NCBI GenBank assembly: GCA_037139555.1
Contig: JBAXGE010000003.1
Coordinates: 1-43,775 of the forward strand
Direction: 5' to 3'
DNA from: Phycisphaerae bacterium
GTDB lineage: Bacteria > Planctomycetota > Phycisphaerae > WQYP01
Length of the DNA: 43,775 nucleotides
The notes beneath the pieces were generated by a model. The model made no database searches. It saw only the letters and a program-made list of their open reading frames with translations, and was not told the origin of the DNA. This document shows positions 36,138 through 43,775 of the stretch, piece by piece (position 1 is the stretch's first letter; each line of letters opens with the position of its first letter). Made by a program: the position numbers and the translations under genes.

Positions 36138-37799
36138 GTGGCAGAAAAGCGTAAAGTAATTATCGTTGGTGGTGTGGCCGGTGGGGCCTCAGCGGCAGCC
36201 CGGCTGCGGCGGCAGGATGAGCAGGCCGAGATCACCATGTACGAACGTGGTGAATTCGTGTCCTTCGCCAATTGCGGCTTGCCCTACTATGTCGGCGAAG
36301 TCATTGCCACGCAGGACAAGTTGTTGCTGGCTAATCCCAAACTGTTCAAGGATCGGTTCAATATCGCGGTGAAGACCCGCCACGAAGTGGTCGCCGTTGA
36401 CCGTGCGGCCAAAACCGTGCGGGTGCGCGATCTGAGCAGTGGGCAGGAGTTTAGCGATGCCTACACGCATTTGATTTTGTCGCCTGGGGCATTGGCGATT
36501 CGTCCGCCTTTGCCGGGGATTGATCTGCCCGGGATATTTGTGGTCCGTTCGATTCCCGACAGCGAAGCGATTCGCGGTTGGATCGGGGCGCACCAGGCCG
36601 GGCGCGCGGTGGTGATTGGGGGCGGATTTATTGGGCTGGAAATGGCCGAGAATCTCCAACATCGCGGTCTGGATGTGACCATCGTTGAGATGCTCAATCA
36701 GGTAATGCCCCCGGTGGACCCGGAAATGGCGCAGTACGTGGCCCAGCACTTGACCGACCATGGCATTAAACTGGCCTTGGGTGACGGGGTGGCGGGTATG
36801 CAGACCAATTCGGCGGGTGGCTTGCTGGTTACCACGCAAGGCGGCAAGGCCTATCCCGCCGATCTGGTGATCTTGGCCATCGGGGTGCGTCCGGATACGG
36901 CATTGGCCAAAGCCGCCGGTTTGGAACTCGGGCAGCGCGGGGGCATCAAAGTGAATGCCCACATGCAAACCAGCGACCCGGCGGTCTATGCCGTGGGTGA
37001 CGCGGTGGAAGTATTCGACACGATCTTAAAGCAATGGACCCTGCTGGCGTTGGCCGGCCCGGCCAATCGTCAGGGCCGGGTGGCGGCGGATCATATTTGT
37101 GGCCGCGCGGCCAGTTTCCGGGGCGTGCAGGGTACCGCAATCTGCGGGGTGTTTGATCTGGCGATTGCCAGTACCGGGGCCAGCGAAAAGGCCCTGCAAC
37201 GCGCGCAGGTGACTGATTACCAAGTGATTTATTTGCATCCCAATCATCACGTGGGCTACTACCCCGGCGCCGAGCCCATCCGGCTCAAGCTCATATTCCG
37301 GCCCAGCGACGGGCGGATTCTGGGCGCACAGGCCGTGGGCAAAGCCGATGTGGCCCGTAAGATTGATGTGATTGCCATGGCCATGCAAAAAGATGGCACG
37401 GTGTATGACCTGGAAGAAGCAGAATTGTGTTATGCCCCGCAATACGGCGGCGCGAAAGATGCCATCAACATGGCGGGTATGATCGCCGCCAACCATCAAC
37501 GACACGAACATCCGTTGGCCGCATGGTCGGAACTTAAAGCGCCCGGTGTTCTGCTGGATGTGCGCGAACCGAGCGAATTCACCCAAGGGCATATTGCCGG
37601 TGCGGTATTGATCCCGCTGGGTCAATTACGGCAGCGCACCGGGGAACTGCCGCATGATCAGGTGATTCGGGTCTATTGCGCTGCCGGGCAGCGCGGGTAT
37701 TACGCCGCGCGGATGCTTAACCAATTGGGCTTCCAGACGCAGAACCTCTCCGGCGGGTATGGCACCTATCTGCAACTGGCCGCAGCGGGCAAGCTGTGA
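36138..37799 (+). CDS. CoA-disulfide reductase-rhodanese fusion (CDR-RHD / NADH-dependent persulfide reductase-like)
   Basis: IIVGGVAGGASAA, SFANC redox cysteine, VIGGGFIGLE, YAVGD and ELCYAPQY, with a C-terminal rhodanese CAAGQR. GTG start at 36138 with AGGAG RBS. Confidence 0.92.
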   Translation: MAEKRKVIIVGGVAGGASAAARLRRQDEQAEITMYERGEFVSFANCGLPYYVGEVIATQDKLLLANPKLFKDRFNIAVKTRHEVVAVDRAAKTVRVRDLSSGQEFSDAYTHLILSPGALAIRPPLPGIDLPGIFVVRSIPDSEAIRGWIGAHQAGRAVVIGGGFIGLEMAENLQHRGLDVTIVEMLNQVMPPVDPEMAQYVAQHLTDHGIKLALGDGVAGMQTNSAGGLLVTTQGGKAYPADLVILAIGVRPDTALAKAAGLELGQRGGIKVNAHMQTSDPAVYAVGDAVEVFDTILKQWTLLALAGPANRQGRVAADHICGRAASFRGVQGTAICGVFDLAIASTGASEKALQRAQVTDYQVIYLHPNHHVGYYPGAEPIRLKLIFRPSDGRILGAQAVGKADVARKIDVIAMAMQKDGTVYDLEEAELCYAPQYGGAKDAINMAGMIAANHQRHEHPLAAWSELKAPGVLLDVREPSEFTQGHIAGAVLIPLGQLRQRTGELPHDQVIRVYCAAGQRGYYAARMLNQLGFQTQNLSGGYGTYLQLAAAGKL

Positions 37800-37800
37800 T

Positions 37801-38517
37801 TTAGCTCCGAAACGTCTTGCGGACGCCAGCTTTGCGCAGGCGGCGTAGTGCGGGTGCTTTAACCGGCATGGTCACGGCGGTGGGACGTTTGGTTAATACC
37901 GGCCAGCGTTGCAGCACTTCGGCGGTGGTCAGCCAGGCGATGTTTTTCGACTGCAATTGCCGGATGGCCATATCGCCCAGATCACGATCCCACATCGCGA
38001 TGGCATCGCGTACGATGACAATCTTGGCGCGGCGTTGCAGCATCCCCAGCGCGGCGATGCGCACCGTGTGTTCGATCGGCCCGCCGCAAAGCACCCATAC
38101 TTCTACGGGCATTTCCGTCAGAATGCGGTCCATACGCGGCGCTTCAAAGGGATCAAAACCGAGTAAATCCGCAATAATCTGCGGGTGGTGTTTGGTCCAA
38201 TCCGCCGGGACATCGGTGCGATTGTCCGCGGGCAAGAGCAGGGGGTTGGGCCGCAGCGTGGCGGGGATTTTGTGATAGCCTGCGGTGGCGAACTGGCCCA
38301 CCATGAGGGGCTGGTGCCCGGTGACCGGGAGGGCGACATCGCGCAGGCGGGTGCTGACAATCGGCACCGCACGCCGGGTGGCCCATTGGAACAGACAACG
38401 CAATTGACTTACCACGGGCGCCACATCAATGACGGGGCGCGCGCCGTGGGGATCAAACAGTTCGTACTGGGTATTAAAATCCAGCAGAACTGGACCGTGA
38501 ATGGCTTGGGTAAACAT
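37801..38517 (-). CDS. Isochorismatase/nicotinamidase-fold protein lacking the catalytic Cys
   Basis: VLLDFNTQYELFDP.GA.P, VLCGGPIEHTVRIAALG and VIVRDAI. GGAGG RBS. Basic C-terminal tail. Confidence 0.7.
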   Translation of the reverse strand: MFTQAIHGPVLLDFNTQYELFDPHGARPVIDVAPVVSQLRCLFQWATRRAVPIVSTRLRDVALPVTGHQPLMVGQFATAGYHKIPATLRPNPLLLPADNRTDVPADWTKHHPQIIADLLGFDPFEAPRMDRILTEMPVEVWVLCGGPIEHTVRIAALGMLQRRAKIVIVRDAIAMWDRDLGDMAIRQLQSKNIAWLTTAEVLQRWPVLTKRPTAVTMPVKAPALRRLRKAGVRKTFRS

Positions 38518-38597
38518 CTTGCACCTCCCAAAAACGCCGGTGGACTACCACCTACTCAACTATACGCGACAGATGGCGTTATGGAGCACAAAAATAG

Positions 38598-38625
38598 TCC
38601 CATATTCACCTAGGTGAATATGGGA
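38598..38625 (-). terminator. Perfect 28-bp palindrome, likely terminator of the 38657..40021 gene
   Basis: tcccatattcacct|aggtgaatatggga. On the minus strand it is followed by ctattttt. Confidence 0.65.
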
Positions 38626-38656
38626 TGATAAACTGGGATGATTTCCCTAATCTCGT

Positions 38657-40021
38657 TTAACGCATGTAGCTTGAATCGGAGATTTTTTGCAGGCTGGACC
38701 GATCCAACTGGAGGAATTTGCCTTTGAACTCATCCGCCAGCCGTTGCAGCGGTGAGTCATTGTCTTTACTGTTCAGTTTAATCGCGTCAATCCGGACCTT
38801 GCGGGTATTGGCCTGCATGACCGGGACGGCCAGATTGGTGCTTAAACCGTATTTGGCCGTGACGAAGAAAATTTGGTCCACATCAGGCTCCGATACTGTC
38901 TGAGTCATACAGATGGCGGCATCGCTCATGCCCAGCGCCCGGACATCCGTCAAGGCGTTGCGGGTGGCATGCAATTCATTACGCCCACGGAATCCGCTGG
39001 CGGGTTCGCGCCGAATTCCACCTTCACGCCAGATGACCACGGCATGCTGGCCATTGGTCTCTTGGGAGGTGACGGCGGCATATACACTCGTCAAGACCAA
39101 ATCAAAATAATCGCCATTGGCATTGGAGCCGTCAATGCTGAAGATGACCCGTTTGCCTACGATGGGAATGGTCAGGAAATTCGGACCTTTGGTATCAACT
39201 ATTACGTCAATCACGGTACCGCCGGTCTTGTTGTTCGAATTCTTGTTATCGCCAGGGCCATTGCCGGAGGGGGTGTTACTATTACCGCTGAACATCAGGG
39301 CGATGAAAACAATCAATCCAATGACCACCAGCCCGGCAAAGATCGCGCCCGCGATCATCAACGCGGTACGGTTGATCCCTTCCGCCTTGGTGATGGGAAT
39401 GTGATGTTCGGCAATCTCGACATCTACGGCTTCTTCGATGGCCGCGAGTTGGTTGCCGGGTTTGCGGGTCGGGGGTTTGGGGGCCACCTTAACCGTGCGT
39501 TTGGCGATGGGACTGTTGACCGGACTGGGCGCGGGCTGCGTCGCTGGCTTGCTGGCCGGCTTGGGATTGCTGGTGGGCCGGACATTTTCCAGCGCGGCCA
39601 GCGATTCCTTGCTGGGGGGGCGTTTGGCGCTGCTGGGGCGGACCGCTTCAATCTCTGCGGCATTGGGCCGTGGTTCACTTACCGGCTTGCTGGCCGGTTT
39701 GGGATTGCTGGTGGGGCGGACTTTTTCCACCGCCGCGAGGGTTTCTTGGCTGGGCGGACGCTTGGCGCTACTGGGGCGTGCGCCTTCAGGAACTGAGTTG
39801 CGTCCCGAACTGGGGCGCACTTCCTCGGCAGACGTGGCCTCGCGTCGGGGGGCATTGGTTCCAGCATTCGCAATCGGAGAGGCCGGACGGGTACTCGTTC
39901 GCGTCGCCATCGGAACTTCTAATAGGGTGCCGCATTCAGAACAACGACACACCCCACCACGAAAACCATCATCAACTTCGAGAATGGTGCGGCATTTATT
40001 GCATTGAATGACCACAGACAT
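38657..40021 (-). CDS. Bitopic membrane protein: N-terminal Zn-ribbon, Pro/Ser/Arg-rich repeat linker, TM helix, vWA-like C-terminal domain
   Basis: CNKC...CRCSEC, a low-complexity linker, TM ALMIAGAIFAGLVVIGLIVFIALMF, and RVIFSIDGS.A...QIFFVT...LQRLADEFKGKF (degenerate MIDAS). Start at ATG 40021. Confidence 0.75.
   Translation of the reverse strand: MSVVIQCNKCRTILEVDDGFRGGVCRCSECGTLLEVPMATRTSTRPASPIANAGTNAPRREATSAEEVRPSSGRNSVPEGARPSSAKRPPSQETLAAVEKVRPTSNPKPASKPVSEPRPNAAEIEAVRPSSAKRPPSKESLAALENVRPTSNPKPASKPATQPAPSPVNSPIAKRTVKVAPKPPTRKPGNQLAAIEEAVDVEIAEHHIPITKAEGINRTALMIAGAIFAGLVVIGLIVFIALMFSGNSNTPSGNGPGDNKNSNNKTGGTVIDVIVDTKGPNFLTIPIVGKRVIFSIDGSNANGDYFDLVLTSVYAAVTSQETNGQHAVVIWREGGIRREPASGFRGRNELHATRNALTDVRALGMSDAAICMTQTVSEPDVDQIFFVTAKYGLSTNLAVPVMQANTRKVRIDAIKLNSKDNDSPLQRLADEFKGKFLQLDRSSLQKISDSSYMR
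39546..39778. repeat. Imperfect intragenic direct repeat, two copies of about 95 bp with a 138-bp period
   Basis: 39546-39640 matches 39684-39778 and encodes RPSSAKRPPS(Q/K)E(T/S)LAA(V/L)E(K/N)VRPTSNPKPASKP twice. Confidence 0.85.
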
Positions 40022-40208
40022 AGTTCGTACGCCTTCTTGAAAATGGTTGCGTAACCGGTACGCTCGCCAGATGATGCACCTAACTGCCACTAATATGGCA
40101 TAAAATGTCCGTTGTTACAAGCGGCAGTTCCTGTATCCAACAGGGTTTACATCTGACCTGCGGGCGGTTAGTCTGCCCGCATAGTTTACCCTTGGAGAAA
40201 TGAGCCCC

Positions 40209-41147
40209 ATGACCGAACACTTCGCCGACCGTCTGATGACCGCTGTTAAAAGCAAAAAAACACCTCTTCTGGTGGGCCTGGACCCGGTTTTGGAAAGCCT
40301 TCCGGAGGCCCTGCGCCAGCCGGCCATCTCGGCGGGGATTACCGATATGCAGGCCGGGGTGGATGCCCTGTTTGATTTCAGCCTCAAAGTCCTGCATGTG
40401 GTCGCCCCTCTGGTCCCGGCGGTGAAGATTAACAGTGCCTTTTTCGAGGCGTATCATAGCGAAGGTATCGAAATCTACGAGTCGCTGATTCAGGAAGCCC
40501 ACGCTCTGGGTCTGGTGGTGATCGCGGATGTGAAACGCGGTGATATTGGCAATACGGCCCAATATTACGCCCAGGGCTGTTTGGCCAATCCCGCTTATGA
40601 CAGTATGCTCGATCACGTCGGCCCCGATGCGGTGACGGTGAATCCCTACATGGGGCTCGATGCCCTATCCCCATTTCTGAAAGTCGCCCGCGAACAGGGC
40701 AAAGGACTCTTTGCCCTCGTCCGCACCAGTAATCCCTCGGCCGCAGTGCTGCAGGATGCCAAGCTGGAAGACGGCCGCACCGTGTATCAACTGGTGGGCG
40801 AATTGGTGAATCAGTGGGGCGCGGCGGACTGTGGCAAGAGTGGATATTCGTCGCTGGGGGCGGTGGTGGGGGCGACCAATCCCCAGCAATTAACTGACCT
40901 GCGGCAGCGTATGCCCAATACGATTTTTCTGGTGCCCGGTTTCGGTGCGCAGGGGGGCAGTGCGGCCGATGCCGCCAAGGCCTTTAAGTCCGACGGTACC
41001 GGCGCGATCATCAACTCCAGTCGCGGCATCATCTTTGCGTATAAAGACCCCAAGTGGGCCGGCCCCAGCGGTGGCGATTGGCAGAAGGCCATCGAACTGG
41101 CAACCTTGGATACGATTGCCACGCTGCGGACGGCGATTGGCGGCTGA
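40209..41147 (+). CDS. pyrF: Orotidine-5'-phosphate decarboxylase
   Basis: LVGLDP, AVK.NSAFFE, IADVKRGDIGNT, TVNPYMG.D, VRTSNP, GAVVGAT, LVPGFGAQGG and INSSR.I. The start is 40209 or 40200. Confidence 0.96.
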   Translation: MTEHFADRLMTAVKSKKTPLLVGLDPVLESLPEALRQPAISAGITDMQAGVDALFDFSLKVLHVVAPLVPAVKINSAFFEAYHSEGIEIYESLIQEAHALGLVVIADVKRGDIGNTAQYYAQGCLANPAYDSMLDHVGPDAVTVNPYMGLDALSPFLKVAREQGKGLFALVRTSNPSAAVLQDAKLEDGRTVYQLVGELVNQWGAADCGKSGYSSLGAVVGATNPQQLTDLRQRMPNTIFLVPGFGAQGGSAADAAKAFKSDGTGAIINSSRGIIFAYKDPKWAGPSGGDWQKAIELATLDTIATLRTAIGG

Positions 41148-41172
41148 CGCATACCTTGGCCTGGGGTATAAT
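41144..41172 (+). promoter_or_regulatory. Sigma70-type promoter CTGACG-17-TATAAT
   Basis: CTGACG at 41144-41149, TATAAT at 41167-41172, and AGGAG RBS before 41200. Confidence 0.6.
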
Positions 41173-41199
41173 TCTCCCCACATCAGTTAGGAGACCCGG

Positions 41200-42117
41200 A
41201 TGACGTTGAATTGGTCCCAAGTGGACGTACCGACCGCACTTACCGCGATTGCCCAGGAGACGGACACCTATTTGGGCCGTTATCTGCAAAGTCTGACGGG
41301 TTCACCCCAACAGATTACCGAGGCCATGGCTTATTCGCTGCTGGGGGCGGGTAAACGCATCCGGCCCGGTCTGGCGGTACTGTCATCGCTGGCCGTGGGG
41401 GGGACGGTGGAACAGGGGCTCGTGGCCGGGGCGGCGGTGGAGATGATTCACTGTTTCTCACTGATTCACGATGACCTGCCCGCGATGGATGATGATGATC
41501 TCCGCCGGGGTCGGCCCACCAATCACAAAGTCTATGGTGAAGCCATGGCGATTCTCGCCGGCGATGCGCTTAATACGCTGGCGTTTCATCTGCTGGCCAC
41601 GCGGGTACAGCCGGCGGCGCTGGCGGGTAAATTGGTCACGGAACTCGCCTTTGCCACGGGGCCGGAAGGCATGATCGGCGGGCAGGTACTGGATACCTGT
41701 CACCCCGAAGAGGCGAAAGCCGACACCACTGCGGCCAGCCTGTCCAAACTGCAACATATTCACCGGCTCAAAACCGGGGCGCTGATTAATGTGGCCTGCC
41801 GGATGGGCGCCATGGCGGGTGGTGCCACGGAGACCCAGCTCGCGCTGATTGACCGTTATGGCCATGCCGTGGGGCTGGCATTCCAGATTGTGGATGATAT
41901 TCTCGACGTGACCTCCACCGCCGAACAAATGGGCAAGGCCACCGGCAAAGATGCCGGCAAGGGCAAGCTGACCTATCCGAGCCTGTTGGGCTTGGAGGCC
42001 AGCCGCGAACATCTGGCCAAACAGGTGGCGGTGACCGATGCGGTGACGCAGGAACTGGGCACCAATGCCCGCTTGCTGGCGGAATTATCGCGGGCGATGG
42101 CGCAGCGAACCAAGTAA
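41200..42117 (+). CDS. ispA: Polyprenyl (farnesyl/geranylgeranyl) diphosphate synthase
   Basis: GKRIRP, SLIHDDLPAMDDDDLRRGRPT.H, AILAGD, GMIGGQ.LD, KTGAL, FQIVDDILD and GK..GKD...GK.TY. Confidence 0.95.
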   Translation: MTLNWSQVDVPTALTAIAQETDTYLGRYLQSLTGSPQQITEAMAYSLLGAGKRIRPGLAVLSSLAVGGTVEQGLVAGAAVEMIHCFSLIHDDLPAMDDDDLRRGRPTNHKVYGEAMAILAGDALNTLAFHLLATRVQPAALAGKLVTELAFATGPEGMIGGQVLDTCHPEEAKADTTAASLSKLQHIHRLKTGALINVACRMGAMAGGATETQLALIDRYGHAVGLAFQIVDDILDVTSTAEQMGKATGKDAGKGKLTYPSLLGLEASREHLAKQVAVTDAVTQELGTNARLLAELSRAMAQRTK

Positions 42118-42183
42118 GTTTGTAATTTGCGAGCGCGCCGCGGGTGCAGCAATGCGGCAGAACTTTCGCGCTGAGGAGTATGC

Positions 42184-43775
42184 GTGGTAAATCATTTGAC
42201 GTTGGATAGTGTGGCGACGGCGCTGATGCAAACCTTGGACACGGCCCGGGTGCAACAGTGCAATCAGACGGACGCGGCGGATTTTGGCGGGCGCGTGCAG
42301 CCCCAAAGTCATGTAGCAGATCATCGCGGTACGGCAGAATTAATCCATGGCCTGAGCCTGCAATGGCGGCTGCAAGTCAAGCATCCGGGCCTGGTACCGG
42401 CAGCGCCGGTGGCCACGCTCGAGACCGCGCTATCCCGTGCGCTGGAGTATTTGCTGCGGATCCAGCGCCCCAGCGGCCTATTTGATACCATTGACTGCAA
42501 TTATGATTCCCCGCCGGATACGGGATTTTCGGTGCAGCATCTGGCCGCGGCGTGGGCCAACTTTTCGGTGGTGGGAGCCCCGGCCCAGCGTGTGCAAACC
42601 GCCCTGAGCAAGGTACTCAAACGCACCATTCCCGGCCTGGCCACGTGCGGCTTTCACACGCCCAATCATCGTTGGGTGGTATTGTCAGCGCTGGTTCTGG
42701 TCAATCAGATATTTCCGCACTTGGATTTGTCCGCCCCCATGCGGCGCCTGCAGGCGGAAGGGGTGGATGTGGATGCCGATGGCCTGTTCATCGAACGCAG
42801 CCCGGCGGTGTATGACACCGTCAATCTGTTTTCGCTTTTACTGACCCATGAACAGCGGCCGTGGCCCGAAGCGCTGCGCGGGGTGCTGGCGTGTCTGCAA
42901 TTCAACCAACATTTGTTCCATGCCGATTACACGGTGGAAACGGGTTTGTCGCATCGTTATGACTTCGGGCAAAGTCTGGTACCGCAGGGCTTGATTTACT
43001 GTTACTACCGCGCTGGCAAGGTCAGTGGCGATCGGCACTGGCTGAAAGTGGCCGATGAAATCTGGCAACATTCCCCGCGTGATATGTTTAATGCCCTGTG
43101 TCATCTGCTGCAGGCGGTGTTGGATTTGGGGGCCACCGACCCGGCCAGTCTGGCTGATCTACCCGGACTGCCTACCGAGTATAACGACTGGTATCCCACC
43201 AATAAGTTCTGGCGCCGCCGCGCGGGGCTATTGTCGGCGAGTGTGTTCGGCGGTACCCGGCGGTTGCTGAGCATGAAGTTTGGCGCAGCGCATCTGCATT
43301 GTGTGTCGGTGCATCAGAGTTATTTTGGTCCGGCGGGTGAATTTGTCGGCGATACTTTCACGCTGACCCCGCAGGGGATCACGCTGCATTCCAGTGGCGT
43401 GCGGCATCCGCGCCGGCCGGGGTATGATTTGCCGCTGGAACGCCGGATCGCCGATATCCATGAATGGATGCAGACCGAGGATGGCCGCACCCAGCACCGG
43501 TTGCCCTTTGCCGAGGTGGATTTGCAGTTGGAGAATCTGCCCGACGGCCTGGCGGGGACGCTGACCACGCGGGGCGGCACCGAGGGCGTCATGGCCCAGA
43601 TCGCGCTGGATTTCGCCCCCGGCGGCGTCTGGTCCACCGCCGATACCGCCCTGCAACCAGTGGCCAATCAGGTCCTGATGCTGCACGGTGCTGCGGGTAC
43701 GATGCGCTATGGCAACGATGCCATCACCATCACCGGCGGCAGCCCCACCCACAGCACCTGGGCGATGCGTGATTC
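42184..43775 (+). CDS. 3'-truncated hypothetical protein, possible alpha/alpha-toroid polysaccharide lyase-like (heparinase II/III-type architecture)
   Basis: GTG at 42184 with GAGGAG RBS. Frame +1 is open to the window end and absent from the ORF track. Motifs QRPSG.FD...NYDSPPDTGF, GFHTPNHRWV, DADGLFIERSPAVYD and ETGLSHRYD, followed by a beta-rich region. Confidence 0.7.
   Translation, partial: MVNHLTLDSVATALMQTLDTARVQQCNQTDAADFGGRVQPQSHVADHRGTAELIHGLSLQWRLQVKHPGLVPAAPVATLETALSRALEYLLRIQRPSGLFDTIDCNYDSPPDTGFSVQHLAAAWANFSVVGAPAQRVQTALSKVLKRTIPGLATCGFHTPNHRWVVLSALVLVNQIFPHLDLSAPMRRLQAEGVDVDADGLFIERSPAVYDTVNLFSLLLTHEQRPWPEALRGVLACLQFNQHLFHADYTVETGLSHRYDFGQSLVPQGLIYCYYRAGKVSGDRHWLKVADEIWQHSPRDMFNALCHLLQAVLDLGATDPASLADLPGLPTEYNDWYPTNKFWRRRAGLLSASVFGGTRRLLSMKFGAAHLHCVSVHQSYFGPAGEFVGDTFTLTPQGITLHSSGVRHPRRPGYDLPLERRIADIHEWMQTEDGRTQHRLPFAEVDLQLENLPDGLAGTLTTRGGTEGVMAQIALDFAPGGVWSTADTALQPVANQVLMLHGAAGTMRYGNDAITITGGSPTHSTWAMRD

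Overview
A GC-rich, gene-dense bacterial chromosomal segment made mostly of housekeeping genes. It is most likely from a Planctomycetota member, probably Phycisphaerae-like. This is an inference from the secretin-N-only protein, the DUF4175-like/prenyltransferase-repeat pair, the tandem-SH3 protein, the split nuoCD and mreBC without mreD. Recognisable genes are nuoC, nuoD, a shortened MnmE-like GTPase, ribB fused to a degenerate GCH-II domain, yihY, thrC, tatD, mreB, mreC, lnt, scpB, ribF, nrnA, comEA-like, yebC (interrupted), a rhodanese plus CoA-disulfide reductase-rhodanese pair, pyrF and ispA, plus several cytoplasmic carbohydrate-active enzymes. I saw no rRNA, tRNA, CRISPR array, transposase or prophage. 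The main observations are: (1) a full-length yebC frame with ATT at the start position and one in-frame TAG; (2) five genes, including two divergent pairs, with a -10 box 6-7 nt before the ATG and no Shine-Dalgarno, suggesting leaderless mRNAs; (3) an MreC-like coiled-coil protein, an unannotated 47-aa membrane peptide and a structured leader directly upstream of mreB-mreC-lnt-HEAT lipoprotein; (4) a stand-alone coiled-coil/basic protein with near-consensus promoter signals that resembles a nucleoid-associated protein; (5) a 46-aa highly basic protein with its own promoter and RBS; and (6) several enzyme-fold proteins lacking catalytic residues. All family assignments come from motif recognition by eye. 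No database searches were run.
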